Shown: positions 18,049 to 27,656 of the stretch, piece by piece | How positions within the stretch are numbered: the stretch's first letter is position 1 | Layout: the number at the start of each line of letters is the position of its first letter | IMG/VR virus record: IMGVR_UViG_3300014613_000001 | Coordinates: 64,001 to 128,000 of that record | Length of the DNA stretch: 64,000 nucleotides | Source of the DNA: a virus | Strand: one strand, 5' to 3' | The notes under the pieces: model-generated | What the model was told of the DNA's origin: nothing | The model's input: only the letters and a program-made list of their open reading frames with translations | Database searches by the model: none | Translations under genes and position numbers: made by a program

Positions 18049-18304
18049 CTGTCGATTCCTCTTCGTTGAAGAGAACACCTGCTACGTGATCTTCTACGGC
18101 AGATATGAACTCCTCAAGTGTGTCTCGCACGTTTTGGGGCCAGCCCCCGGCTGCTTGCATAACTCCGTATTTGATCTTGTTTTTCTTTTTCTCCCCTATG
18201 AGATCACATTGTACATCAATGATCGAGCCTGTGTCCTCGATTGTTATGAGCGCCTTCGCCAGAGAGACCGCGGTGACTCGGCACGTGGCGTCGCTACGTC
18301 GCAC
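17954..18304 (-). CDS. Hypothetical protein
   Basis: 116-aa ORF coupled to its neighbours. Confidence 0.55.
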   Translation of the reverse strand: MRRSDATCRVTAVSLAKALITIEDTGSIIDVQCDLIGEKKKNKIKYGVMQAAGGWPQNVRDTLEEFISAVEDHVAGVLFNEEESTDGRTNDEQHPIGLITPTDELGRLADDEADQL

Positions 18305-18638
18305 TCAGCTCCTCCTTTACCGCCTGAAGCAGCGCGAGCATCGTGATTTCATCGCGTTCCATCTCTGCATCTGCGATCTCCTGGCACGCCCTCAGTGCTG
18401 CCCCTATGGTTTTCTCATCCTGGTTGCATTTGATCTCAACGTAGCAGGATCCGCTGATCCCGAACTCCCCGTACCCAATACCGTGTGAGATGCGCCGTTC
18501 TCTGCCGACCTTGGCGAGTCCATCGCCGATGAGCACGTTTACGGGAACGCTCTTGGAGGATCCAGTGTATGCTCGCCCAGGTTCCCCCTTTTTCTTGGTT
18601 ACCAGCTTTCGCAGTACATCGGCCTTGTTGTTGGTCAT
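18294..18638 (-). CDS. Hypothetical protein
   Basis: 114-aa ORF in the operon. Confidence 0.65.
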   Translation of the reverse strand: MTNNKADVLRKLVTKKKGEPGRAYTGSSKSVPVNVLIGDGLAKVGRERRISHGIGYGEFGISGSCYVEIKCNQDEKTIGAALRACQEIADAEMERDEITMLALLQAVKEELSAT

Positions 18639-18642
18639 CTGT

Positions 18643-19071
18643 TCACCCTAAGAAGTTGATCTCTTTTGGCTTGTTCTTGATCTGAAGCCCACGAGCTATG
18701 TCCGTTATCGTTCGGCTGGCGACGGATTTGTCGAGCCGTCCGGTTCTCACAGCTTCGTCAAACTTCTTTGACTTGACCTGGTAGACAACCTCAACGAGCT
18801 CGTCCCGTAGGTCTTTGTCCTCCTCGAGCATGTAGTGGAGGTAGTTGCCGTCGAAGGTACGTTTGTTGGTTGGGACTGGGTTCATGCCGCCGCCAGCGAT
18901 CCCGGTCTCGGTCACGGCAATGATGAGCTGCTCGCGCGCGACCTCTCGCCGCATGACGTGCTCTTTGTACAGCTTCATCGTCTCCCAATTGTCGTCCTCA
19001 AAGGTCCGGAGTTTTTCTTCGGCCGCTTCAAATTCTTCTTCGGCGCGCTTTACCCTGTCAGCTGCTTTCAT
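18643..19071 (-). CDS. Hypothetical coiled-coil protein
   Basis: Start MKAADRV with AAGGAGAAGGA SD; helical N-terminus. Confidence 0.65.
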   Translation of the reverse strand: MKAADRVKRAEEEFEAAEEKLRTFEDDNWETMKLYKEHVMRREVAREQLIIAVTETGIAGGGMNPVPTNKRTFDGNYLHYMLEEDKDLRDELVEVVYQVKSKKFDEAVRTGRLDKSVASRTITDIARGLQIKNKPKEINFLG

Positions 19072-19081
19072 TTCCTTCTCC

Positions 19082-19711
19082 TTATTGTCGGTACAGTTCG
19101 CGGAGCATCGCAACATGCCTGTTGATGAAGGCGAAATCTCTCTTTGCCGTTTCATACGGCGTGGTCGGTCTTGGGTCCACTCCTTGTTTTAGGATATCAG
19201 CCGGATGATACGTTGTGAACATGGGGTACTTTACAAATTTCAGCTGCCCCGGCACCGACAGAAATTCCTGGGTGCTCCTGGCGTTACCTAAGCGAATCTT
19301 CTGCCCGAACAGCCCCTGTACGGCGTCGATCCCAAGAACTACGATGATGAGCGGGTCGACGTCATAGATGGTTCGCATGATACGAGTCCGGCACATCCTG
19401 ATGGATTCGGCATCCGCTTTTCCAGTGCTCAGGTATTTACCATCATCCTTAGGCGGCCAACAGGCGACGACGTTGTCGAGGAAGAGCTCCTCGCGTGCCC
19501 ATCCGACATCCCCAAGGAGCAGATCCAGCGCCTCACCCTCCATCCCCTGGAACGGAACGCCACACAGATCGTCCTGACTCACTGGCCAGCTACCTATGAT
19601 CATTATGTCGGCATCTGGATTCCCGTGTCCCAGAACGACATGTGACCGATACTGATGTAGCTCACATCTCGTGCAGTCGTACCAGTGCTCGTATCCCGGT
19701 AGCGGGCTCAC
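19082..19711 (-). CDS. Family 4 uracil-DNA glycosylase-like protein (Fe-S type) with altered active site
   Basis: CxxC...VLGHGNPDADIMIIG, PF.G..G..L, NVVACWP and TYHPA. The GEAPG motif reads GSWPV here. Confidence 0.85.
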   Translation of the reverse strand: MSPLPGYEHWYDCTRCELHQYRSHVVLGHGNPDADIMIIGSWPVSQDDLCGVPFQGMEGEALDLLLGDVGWAREELFLDNVVACWPPKDDGKYLSTGKADAESIRMCRTRIMRTIYDVDPLIIVVLGIDAVQGLFGQKIRLGNARSTQEFLSVPGQLKFVKYPMFTTYHPADILKQGVDPRPTTPYETAKRDFAFINRHVAMLRELYRQ

Positions 19712-20259
19712 TTCAGCCCCCCTCCTATGATGAGTTTTCTGAGCGGGTTGTTTGGATCTTCGAGCTCTTTATTGATCTCGTCGTGGAGCTGCTCCAGTGA
19801 CTTCAGATCTTGTGAGGTCGCGGTTTGCACGAGGTTCTGCTCCTGTGCGATCATTTGCTCCATGGCGTATCCGATTCCTACATATTCAGTGAAGAAGGCA
19901 TCCTGCGTTGCCTGAGATTGTGATTTGATCTCATAGAGGTAATCGGGCTTGATGAGTAGCCTGCGGATAGGCTCGAGCGCGCACCAGTGTAAGGTCCCGA
20001 GTCTTGGTACGGTGGTCGGCACGCTGTTTCCAGTGAGTGGGTCCTTCGCAAGATCCTGAGCCATTCCAATAGGATATGCGTCTCGAAGAAGCACGTATCC
20101 GTGTCCGGCCGGCGGGCTCCGCATCATGCCGAGAAACGCTTTTTGTCCAACGCCGCAGACGACGAGCATCGCGACGATACTGTCGTATTTACCGACAAGA
20201 TCTGGTGGGAGCTTTGCAATAAACTCACGGTGTGTCCTGGAGAACTTATCATGTGACAT
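19708..20259 (-). CDS. Hypothetical protein
   Basis: 183-aa ORF overlapping both neighbours. Confidence 0.65.
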   Translation of the reverse strand: MSHDKFSRTHREFIAKLPPDLVGKYDSIVAMLVVCGVGQKAFLGMMRSPPAGHGYVLLRDAYPIGMAQDLAKDPLTGNSVPTTVPRLGTLHWCALEPIRRLLIKPDYLYEIKSQSQATQDAFFTEYVGIGYAMEQMIAQEQNLVQTATSQDLKSLEQLHDEINKELEDPNNPLRKLIIGGGLK

Positions 20260-21640
20260 GCGTGACTCCTATTCCTCTTTTCTTGAGGTGCCCTATCAGC
20301 TTTTCCCCCATGCTCTTCATTGGAGGAATTTTCGTGTGGTGTATGACCACGACTCTCGGCGTCTCTTTACCTGCACAAAATCGCTGTATCCTCCCGATGG
20401 CTTGCTGTAGATTATTGGATGAGCTGAATTCGGTCAGGATGATCAATGAATCCAAGCTCTTCTTGTTTAGCGCCTCCCGCGCCATGTCGACAGTCGCAAA
20501 CGTGAGTGTGTTCTCCCTCAGAACGGCTAACCTCTTGCTCTCAGCGACATCTGCGTCCAACACTCCCGACTCGGGGTATAGCGTGTGAAGCTGACGAGAG
20601 TGGTCCTTCGACACTGCGAGGACGAGAATATCTCGTCCCGCCTGGACCTCATAGTCGATCACAGACTGCGCGAACTTGATCTCTTCTGGGCGCTGGCCGA
20701 CGTAGGCACAGATCCTTTTGTGGTGTACGTCGTGCAGTGACGTTTCGATGTGGTTCCGCACCTCGTCGCTTTGGAGGTCGATATGCGTCGGTGACGCCCT
20801 GAAGAACACGTTTGGGATCATGTCTTGTTCGAGGTTCTGATAGAAGACGGGCCCAATGTGCCAGAGATAGACGAGCTCCATGCCATCAGGCCTGTTGATC
20901 GTGGCGGAAGCCCCGATCCGGTCCCCCAAGAATAGGTCGGCGGTTTGCGCGTACCAGCTTGCGGCGAGATGGTGCACTTCATCCCAGATGATCGTCTGAA
21001 AGTAGGCGGCCATCTCTGGGGTCACAGCCTCCGGGTAAAGGGAAAGGGTCTTCAACGACGCAAACGTGATCGGGCACCCCCGCCACTTCCACTTCTTGGG
21101 GTTTCCTTGTATCCACCCGATGTCGCCATCTACACGCAGCTTGGGCAGCTCGGTGTCATTTCCGAGCACCTCCTCCTTCCATTGGAGGAGGATGTTGGCT
21201 TTGTCGTTGATAACAAGTACCGGTCCACCCTTTTGCGCCGCCGCGTGTAAGAGGATCACGGTTTTTCCGGATCCGCATCCCATATTCAGAATGCCTTCTC
21301 CTCCAGCTAGGAGAAGATCTTCATGGGCGTCCCGTTGGACTGTGCTGTCCGGGTCGAGGAAATCAAGTGTGATGAGACTTTCGAGACCCACTTGTGGGTA
21401 GGTGTGCGGCCGGAGGTCAACCGCGTCGCACCCGAACTCGGTCGGCTGCATCTTCCCTCGAGGGATGCCTATGTGGTGTTTAGATTCCCGCCACAGGTCC
21501 AGGTAGACGCCTTTTTCACTGGTCTCGAGGTGCAGACTGTGCCGAAGTATGCGCGGGCTTACGCGCTTTTTCGGCACCCATAACCAGTTGTCGATATACA
21601 CAGTGTCAGGATCACGTACCGGAATCGTGAGTGTTGTCAT
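20249..21640 (-). CDS. Superfamily 2 (DEAH) helicase, UvsW/XPB-like
   Basis: LNMGCGSGKT, IIWDEVHH, GASATINRPDG and QAIGRIQR. Confidence 0.9.
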   Translation of the reverse strand: MTTLTIPVRDPDTVYIDNWLWVPKKRVSPRILRHSLHLETSEKGVYLDLWRESKHHIGIPRGKMQPTEFGCDAVDLRPHTYPQVGLESLITLDFLDPDSTVQRDAHEDLLLAGGEGILNMGCGSGKTVILLHAAAQKGGPVLVINDKANILLQWKEEVLGNDTELPKLRVDGDIGWIQGNPKKWKWRGCPITFASLKTLSLYPEAVTPEMAAYFQTIIWDEVHHLAASWYAQTADLFLGDRIGASATINRPDGMELVYLWHIGPVFYQNLEQDMIPNVFFRASPTHIDLQSDEVRNHIETSLHDVHHKRICAYVGQRPEEIKFAQSVIDYEVQAGRDILVLAVSKDHSRQLHTLYPESGVLDADVAESKRLAVLRENTLTFATVDMAREALNKKSLDSLIILTEFSSSNNLQQAIGRIQRFCAGKETPRVVVIHHTKIPPMKSMGEKLIGHLKKRGIGVTHVT

Positions 21641-21996
21641 GATTTCTCCTTCTTGGGGGCGGCGAAGTCGTGGTTGTCGAAGAAGTCTCCGAACTCGTGC
21701 CCACCAGCAGCGAGTGAGGATGCTAGGATGTTCAACACGAGCCGTCCAGCCATGGATTCGTTATCGGCCGGGCTCGGCCGTCGTGACTTGATGCGAGCTG
21801 GTGTGTACCCCTCTCGGGGTGCTACTCGAAGCCCGCTTTGTACTCGATCTCGGCTGTGGCGTGATTGCCGCAGGTCGTTCATTCCTGTTTCTTCTTGGCA
21901 GGCCGCCTCGTTGGAGCAGAGCATGCAGTCCCGTTTTCCGGCCTTCCAGTTTCCGAGACCACCGCGGGCACATTCGTAAAAATCGTACTCGCCCAT
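21637..21996 (-). CDS. Hypothetical protein (Cys-rich N-terminus, C-terminal helix)
   Basis: 119-aa ORF with C..........C..C.....C; first gene of the minus block. Confidence 0.6.
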   Translation of the reverse strand: MGEYDFYECARGGLGNWKAGKRDCMLCSNEAACQEETGMNDLRQSRHSRDRVQSGLRVAPREGYTPARIKSRRPSPADNESMAGRLVLNILASSLAAGGHEFGDFFDNHDFAAPKKEKS

Positions 21997-22023
21997 GTAC
22001 TGATACTGTCCCTTTCATGTTTG

Positions 22024-22056
22024 GCTAGATTCGATCTCGTGGGATGTCCTTATACC
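22024..22056. promoter_or_regulatory. Bipartite motif GCTAGAT-N18-CTTATACC, copy 1 (candidate phage promoter)
   Basis: GCTAGAT 22024-22030 and CTTATACC 22049-22056, at a divergent junction. Confidence 0.7.
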
Positions 22057-22151
22057 TTTCCTGTGTCGGCCTTTGCCCAGCTCCTCCAGGGTGATAGACT
22101 TGATGCAGAAACCCCCGATGCTTGTTCGTTCGGGGTCCAACGAGGAGTCAC

Positions 22152-23354
22152 ATGCTACTTTCAGCCGGTTCCGTGATTGATCCGTATGACGATGGGTTCC
22201 GATCCCTCAAGAACTTCTTCGGCTCTGGGCGCGAGATGCCGGATTTCATCAAGACCGCTTCCATCCTTGATCAAGATCAGCTTTCCAAGCTGCCGGATCA
22301 TGCGTTCGCTGTGGTCATGGTCGGGCCTGATCGGATGCTGCGGAAGTACGCCTGTGTCGACAAGGCGCACACCGCCGTGAACGTCATGTACTTCCTGAAG
22401 TCAGAAGCTGATCTTCCGCCGTCGGCCCGTGTGAAGGTGGCGGAGAACCTCATCCGGGCTTGTCGGCACTTCAGTGTTCAGCCGCCGGCGCAGTTGAGCA
22501 AGATCGCTTCCTTGAACAAGAAGCGCCTGATCAAGACGGATGGCCCAGATATCATGGTGCCGGTTCAGGGCCGAGAGAAAGAATCAGATGTCCCGGTGAA
22601 CAGGAACGCGTACCCCACAGAAACCGGGCGTACAAAGCTGGCGTACGTCATGACGTCGCCGTACGTGGATCTCGATGAACCGTACCGCCCCGAGCGTAAC
22701 ATCGAAAAGACGGCGTCGAGCTCGGTCTCCGCACTTCCTGACGGGCGTTTTCCTCTCGATACTTTTTCTCAGGTGAAAGAGGCTGTTGAGTTCTTTCGGG
22801 AGACGGCGCGTACGATACACCCAAGAGTCCGTCGAGAGATGTGTGTGAAGATCGCATCGCGGGCCGAGGATCTGGGGGTGCAGATCCCGGATGTGATCCG
22901 GAAATACGGATCAACAGAGTGGGCCGCGAAAGGAGAGCGTGAAGCGACGTTGGTGTCCAGGCGTCAGGTGTGGGCTTCTTCAGGAAATGAAGAGGGTCCG
23001 GGAATGCTCGATCTGCTGATGGAGAAGCAGGCCAGCACGGATCCGGATGTCTTCGCCAATGTGTTGGCCGAGATCGACGCTCAGACTGGCATCGACCATC
23101 TGTGGGATCGTCATCTCGCTGATCCGTGGTTGTCGACTTTCGGCATTCGAAAGACAGCGGCCTGGAAATGGTCGGACAACGGGACGGAGGTCACCGAGCA
23201 GCAGTTGAAACGACTGGTCGGATCACGGATGGAGAAGGTCGCGGAAACCTTTGGGAGTCATCTTGCTGACGGGCTCGCGAGAGAAACCACTGTGGTTTTT
23301 GATTCGCTTCCTTTGGACACCAAGCGTATCTTGGCCAGGATGGCACAAGAGTAG
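22152..23354 (+). CDS. Virion head-associated protein with K-x-A motifs and two LPD..F modules (DUF6582-like)
   Basis: SKLPDHAFA...RKYA..D..H and [11 protein letters not shown] modules; repeated KTAS/KIAS/KTAA; GAGGAG SD. Confidence 0.55.
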   Translation: MLLSAGSVIDPYDDGFRSLKNFFGSGREMPDFIKTASILDQDQLSKLPDHAFAVVMVGPDRMLRKYACVDKAHTAVNVMYFLKSEADLPPSARVKVAENLIRACRHFSVQPPAQLSKIASLNKKRLIKTDGPDIMVPVQGREKESDVPVNRNAYPTETGRTKLAYVMTSPYVDLDEPYRPERNIEKTASSSVSALPDGRFPLDTFSQVKEAVEFFRETARTIHPRVRREMCVKIASRAEDLGVQIPDVIRKYGSTEWAAKGEREATLVSRRQVWASSGNEEGPGMLDLLMEKQASTDPDVFANVLAEIDAQTGIDHLWDRHLADPWLSTFGIRKTAAWKWSDNGTEVTEQQLKRLVGSRMEKVAETFGSHLADGLARETTVVFDSLPLDTKRILARMAQE

Positions 23355-23378
23355 GACGGGCAAGGATGAGGTATCGCC

Positions 23379-23712
23379 GTTTTCCCCACACGCGTGGGGA
23401 TGGACCGGTGGGAGTGGCTCGGAACCCCATGGGACCCAAGTTTTCCCCACACGCGTGGGGATGGACCGTCGGCGACGAGGGTGAGACCCGCCAGGGTCGA
23501 GTTTTCCCCACACGCGTGGGGATGGACCGCCGGGGCTGCTACCAGAGCTTCATTGTGCGAGGTTTTCCCCACACGCGTGGGGATGGACCGAAGATGGCCG
23601 AGCTCGAGAAGCTCTTCGGATTGTTTTCCCCACACGCGTGGGGATGGACCGTCGGACACCCAAGCCGACGAAGGTCGGTGCCCGTTTTCCCCACACGCGT
23701 GGGGCTGGATCT
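23379..23712 (+). CRISPR. Type I-E-like CRISPR mini-array: 6 repeats (last degenerate) and 5 spacers of 32 bp
   Basis: 29-bp repeat GTTTTCCCCACACGCGTGGGGATGGACCG at 23379, 23440, 23501, 23562 and 23623; degenerate copy ...GGGGCTGGATCT at 23684. 61-bp period with a CCCCAC/GTGGGG hairpin. Confidence 0.97.
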
Positions 23713-23718
23713 AAGAGG

Positions 23719-24603
23719 ATGACACGCCAAGGTGAAGAGCGTCTTTGGCAGCAACTTCAGGACGCCGAAGAGGAGAAGCCGATCGAGGAGGTCGAACCAC
23801 CGGCTGATCCGAAACCCGATAACGTCGAGAACGACAAGTCGGGAGATATGACGGTTTCGAATTTCTTGGCACACCACGATACCCATCCACTCGTGCTCGA
23901 CGCAGCTTGCCTGAAGGCGTTTCAGACGGACTGGTTGTGGTGGGAGCCTGAGATTATACACTCTGAGCTGCGGCGTGTGTTTGGGCAGTCAACGATCAGC
24001 ACCCTGAACTGGCAGCAGATCCAGGCGTGCAAGACCTGCCATGTTGTCCCGACCCCGTGGAAGGAGTGGGAGGTGTTCAACACTGTGATCATGGCGTTGA
24101 ACAACAACATCCCTGACTTTCACACCATGCAGAAGCCGAGCATCGCGCAGGTCATGGTGGGCCTGGATATCATGAGTCGGATCGACAGCCGACAGATGTT
24201 TTCGGAGGAAGTAGAGAAGTTCATTGCCGCCGTATTCTTGGAGGATGGCGTTTACTTCATGCCGCCTCCGGCAGATTTCGCGCAGGAGTGGGCGTCGAGG
24301 CCCGAGTACCGGTGCCGAAGGTGTGGACGCATTGATCGCGATGACATGAACGACATGTGCGATAGCTGCGGAGCGCCGGACAGTGAGTTGGAGCGGCAGT
24401 TGGCTTTCGACCCCGCCCCCGTCATGGCCAGGTACAATGAGTGTGTTCGTCTCGGAAACGATCGCGAGGACATGCTCGAGGAGACGATCATCGACGTTCA
24501 AACAGCGAAGCTCCTCCTCGCTCGAGAGTACATGCTGTTTCGGCGTCAGCAGTTGGAAGATCAGCTCAAGGTGGTGAACGATGCCAAGCCCATACGTGAT
24601 TGA
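23719..24603 (+). CDS. Hypothetical virion-region protein with C-terminal Zn finger
   Basis: Start at 23719 (AAGAGG SD) just after the array; CRRC...CDSC. Confidence 0.7.
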   Translation: MTRQGEERLWQQLQDAEEEKPIEEVEPPADPKPDNVENDKSGDMTVSNFLAHHDTHPLVLDAACLKAFQTDWLWWEPEIIHSELRRVFGQSTISTLNWQQIQACKTCHVVPTPWKEWEVFNTVIMALNNNIPDFHTMQKPSIAQVMVGLDIMSRIDSRQMFSEEVEKFIAAVFLEDGVYFMPPPADFAQEWASRPEYRCRRCGRIDRDDMNDMCDSCGAPDSELERQLAFDPAPVMARYNECVRLGNDREDMLEETIIDVQTAKLLLAREYMLFRRQQLEDQLKVVNDAKPIRD

Positions 24604-25489
24604 TCTGGCCTTCATCGACGCACAAGTTGACGAGATGGAGAAGATCGCCTTCCTCGGTAGCGCCTGGAAGGGTCTCCAGGCATCGAAACCTTTTGTGGGG
24701 CATCTTCTGGGAGCAGGTGCTGGAGCTGTAGCCGGTGGAGCAGCCGGAGCTGCGACAGCAGCTCCAGAGAATCGTGTTCGGCATGCTATCGGTGGTGCGG
24801 TGCTAGGTGGTATTGCTGGTCTGGTTCCAGGTCAGCTCGCTACGAAGGCTGGAAGGGCGGCTGTGGGGCGTCTTGGTCAACGTCAGCTCCACGGTCTGAC
24901 GGGCAAGCTGCCCGGGCACAGCTTCAAGAAGTCGCACGCGGTCGTAGGAGATGCTCGAACTGCTGCACTCGCCAAGATGAAATTCGACAACCCTGCTGTG
25001 CAAAGTGCCTCCGAGTTGAAAAAGGACATGTGGGGGCCCTTCAAGAATTTGCGCTCTAAGGCACAGTTTCGTGCACAGGAACATCAACGGTTTCTGGCAG
25101 CGAATGATCTGACGAACCTCCCCGGGTTGGTGAGGGGGTACGTGAAACCGGCTGCTGGTATTACACGTCGACAGATTCTGAAGTCCAATCTCCTGGCGCC
25201 TGGGATCGGTTTCGGCGTAGGTCTTCCGCTGGCCCTCACGGCTCCCTCCGCAGTGGAGTCTGTTCAGCAGCGGAGTATCAAGCCGCTGGCGCGCGGGGTG
25301 GTGGAGAACGCCAGCTTTGCGCTTGGCGGTGGCCTTCCGATTGGAGCCGCCATGGCTGCTGGGTATGGTGGATCTCGGCTCGCAGGGTTGATCGGTAAGG
25401 CTCCGCCAGTAACACAGCCAATCGCGCCCAACCGTACAACCAATCGTGCCCAACCGGCTATGCAGGGTCAAGTGATACCTGCGAGGTGA
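24581..25489 (+). CDS. DE(M)EKIA-leader, Gly-zipper membrane-like protein
   Basis: QVDEMEKIA followed by GAGAGAVAGGAAGAA, GGAVLGGIAG and further hydrophobic Gly-rich helices. Confidence 0.7.
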   Translation: MPSPYVIDLAFIDAQVDEMEKIAFLGSAWKGLQASKPFVGHLLGAGAGAVAGGAAGAATAAPENRVRHAIGGAVLGGIAGLVPGQLATKAGRAAVGRLGQRQLHGLTGKLPGHSFKKSHAVVGDARTAALAKMKFDNPAVQSASELKKDMWGPFKNLRSKAQFRAQEHQRFLAANDLTNLPGLVRGYVKPAAGITRRQILKSNLLAPGIGFGVGLPLALTAPSAVESVQQRSIKPLARGVVENASFALGGGLPIGAAMAAGYGGSRLAGLIGKAPPVTQPIAPNRTTNRAQPAMQGQVIPAR

Positions 25490-25493
25490 TCTG

Positions 25494-27359
25494 ATGTTTG
25501 GATATGGAGAACCGGTTGGTGCACAGCAGTCCCAGACCTCGGGCCGTATTCGGGGCTCGGGGAGGATCGAGGGGGTCAAGTACCCCTCGCCATTTTTTGA
25601 TCTGGCGCACACGTACCTGCCGAGCTCGGTCAAGCAGCTGTTTCAGTGGTGTCGGTATTTCTATCTGACAAACCCGCTGATCGCGACCGTCGTCAACAAA
25701 TTGGCCGAGTACCCGATCACCGATCTCGTGATCGACACTAATAATAAAGGGCTCAAGGACAAGTGGCAGGGGTTTTTTGATGACGACATCTTTTTGCAGC
25801 CGAGTCTGATCGACATCGGTCTGTTCTACACATGCTACGGGAACGCGTTGATATCCCTGAGCTTCCCGTTCGTCAAGTGGCTCAAGTGCGAGAAGTGCAA
25901 ACATGAGGTTCAGGCGAAGGAGGCGACGTACCAGTTTCGGGGGTGTAAGTTCCGCCTCACTTGCAAGAAGTGTGATCATCAAGGTGTAGCCGAGGTTCGT
26001 GATCAGTCGCTCTCCACAACATTCGGATCGCGTTTGATCCTCTGGAACCCAGAGGACATTGACATTCAGTACAACGATCTCACCGGAGAGACCGTGTACT
26101 ACTACACGCTCCCTGCGCATCTGAAGAGCGCCATTCGGGTCGGACGACGAGAAGTAGTCGACCGTTCTCCGCAGGTGTACATCGATGCGGTTCGTCTCAA
26201 TAAGTCGGTCGTCCTCGATGCTGACAACGTCTACCATCTCCGAAGGCCTTCGATCTTCACAGGTCGTTTGAACCGAGGATGGGGCACACCGCTTCTCATG
26301 CCGGTGCTGAAGGACACCTTCTATCTTCAGCTCATGAAGAAGGCGCAAGAGGCTGTGCTGCTCGAGCGCATGCTTCCTCTGAACGTCATATCCCCCGCCT
26401 CCGCAGCTCCAGGAGTGAATCCTTACGAGCTCACTAACCTGGATGATTGGCGAACTCACGTCATGGGGGAGATCATGAAGTGGCGGCGTGATCCTCTCTA
26501 CATCCCGGTCATGCCTCTGCCGCTCAATCACCAGGTCATCGGAGGGGATGGTCGAGCGTTGTTGCTCAACAACGAGATGCGTCAGATCTCGGATGTCATT
26601 GTGGCCGGGATCGGGTGCCCACCAGAGCTTGTCTACGGCGGGCTCTCTTGGTCGGGCTCCAACGTCAGTCTCCGGATCCTCGAGAACCAGTTTCTTAGGT
26701 ACCTGTCCGGCATGCTGCGCTTTATCAAGGTCTTCCTCATTCGACGAACCGCGGCGCACCTCGGTTGGCCGGCGGTGGATGCGCGGTTCAAGCCGTTCAA
26801 GATGGCTGACGATATCCAGCGCAAAGCGTTCATGCTGCAGGCCAATCAAGCGAAGTTGGTCAGCGACACGACTATGCGTGAAGAGATGGATCTCAGCCCG
26901 GATGGGGAAGATTCGCTCTTGAAGAGTGAGGTCAAGCGCCGTCTCGAGAGTATGGAAGAGCAGCAAATGGCCGAGGCCCAGATCGCCGGCAAAGCCAGTG
27001 TGCTCTCTGCGAAGTACGAGGCTCGTGCTCAGATGGCTCTGGCCGAAGAGCAGCAACAGATGAGTCAGGGAAGTTACGGTTCGGCTCAGGGCGAACCAGG
27101 CGCCGGCACAGCCGAGGCTCCGGTGTCTCCGGCACAGCCGGATGCAGCTCAGGGCGGATTCGCGCAGATGCTGCAGCGCCTACAACAGGTTTCTCCAGAC
27201 AGCCAGCAGGCGATCATCCAGCGCATCGCACAACAGAACCCACAGCTCGCCGAGACACTCTCCAAGCAGCTTCAGCCGGCCGCACCTTCCACAGACTCCT
27301 CTGCGGGTAAGCCCCTGCCAGAACAGCTTCCACCGCGGCGTGCAGCCAGCCCCGTGTGA
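25494..27359 (+). CDS. Portal protein (with Zn-finger insertion and Gln-rich tail)
   Basis: YLTNPLIATVVNKLAEYPITDL N-terminal portal-like motif, RGWGTP, IVAGIGCP.ELVYG and VDARFKPF.M.DD; size and context fit. Confidence 0.7.
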   Translation: MFGYGEPVGAQQSQTSGRIRGSGRIEGVKYPSPFFDLAHTYLPSSVKQLFQWCRYFYLTNPLIATVVNKLAEYPITDLVIDTNNKGLKDKWQGFFDDDIFLQPSLIDIGLFYTCYGNALISLSFPFVKWLKCEKCKHEVQAKEATYQFRGCKFRLTCKKCDHQGVAEVRDQSLSTTFGSRLILWNPEDIDIQYNDLTGETVYYYTLPAHLKSAIRVGRREVVDRSPQVYIDAVRLNKSVVLDADNVYHLRRPSIFTGRLNRGWGTPLLMPVLKDTFYLQLMKKAQEAVLLERMLPLNVISPASAAPGVNPYELTNLDDWRTHVMGEIMKWRRDPLYIPVMPLPLNHQVIGGDGRALLLNNEMRQISDVIVAGIGCPPELVYGGLSWSGSNVSLRILENQFLRYLSGMLRFIKVFLIRRTAAHLGWPAVDARFKPFKMADDIQRKAFMLQANQAKLVSDTTMREEMDLSPDGEDSLLKSEVKRRLESMEEQQMAEAQIAGKASVLSAKYEARAQMALAEEQQQMSQGSYGSAQGEPGAGTAEAPVSPAQPDAAQGGFAQMLQRLQQVSPDSQQAIIQRIAQQNPQLAETLSKQLQPAAPSTDSSAGKPLPEQLPPRRAASPV

Positions 27360-27368
27360 TAACCAGCT

Positions 27369-27408
27369 AAAAAGAAGGGGTGGGGAGGTCCGAAGACGTC
27401 CCCACCTC
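27369..27408 (-). terminator. Intrinsic terminator (minus strand)
   Basis: Stem GGGGTGGGGA (27377-86)/TCCCCACCTC (27399-408), then TTCTTTTT on the minus strand. Confidence 0.8.
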
Positions 27409-27424
27409 TGGCTGCACCGAGGAC

Positions 27425-27511
27425 TTAGTCCCGGTACAACCACTGTTCAGGCCGGCTCGTCAGCACCCTGAGAAAGGTAACGAGAAAAGCCAGCGCGAAC
27501 AGTGCCCACAC
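27425..27511 (-). CDS. 28-aa single-pass membrane micro-protein (not in ORF track)
   Basis: GTG start; MWALFALAFLVTFLRVLTSRPEQWLYRD*; coupled to the upstream acidic micro-ORF and followed by a terminator. Confidence 0.5.
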   Translation of the reverse strand: MWALFALAFLVTFLRVLTSRPEQWLYRD

Positions 27512-27513
27512 AG

Positions 27514-27636
27514 CTACTCGTCCTCGCCCGAGTAGCCCAGGGATTCATCCACGCTGTCTTCGAGATCCCCGCAGGGATCGTCGAAGACCTCCTCATCGTC
27601 GTCACCCCAGCGGGCGGCTCCTTTGTGCTCTTCCAT
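27514..27636 (-). CDS. 40-aa highly acidic micro-protein (not in ORF track)
   Basis: AGAGG SD; MEEHKGAARWGDDDEEVFDDPCGDLEDSVDESLGYSGEDE*. Confidence 0.55.
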   Translation of the reverse strand: MEEHKGAARWGDDDEEVFDDPCGDLEDSVDESLGYSGEDE

Positions 27637-27656
27637 TTTGACCTCTGATCTGGGCC

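Noticed and set aside
23191-23722. Several ORFs (e.g. 23366..23722, 23258..23659, 23394..23714) across the repeat region
   Set aside because: They are translations of the CRISPR repeats (recurring [16 protein letters not shown]), not genes.
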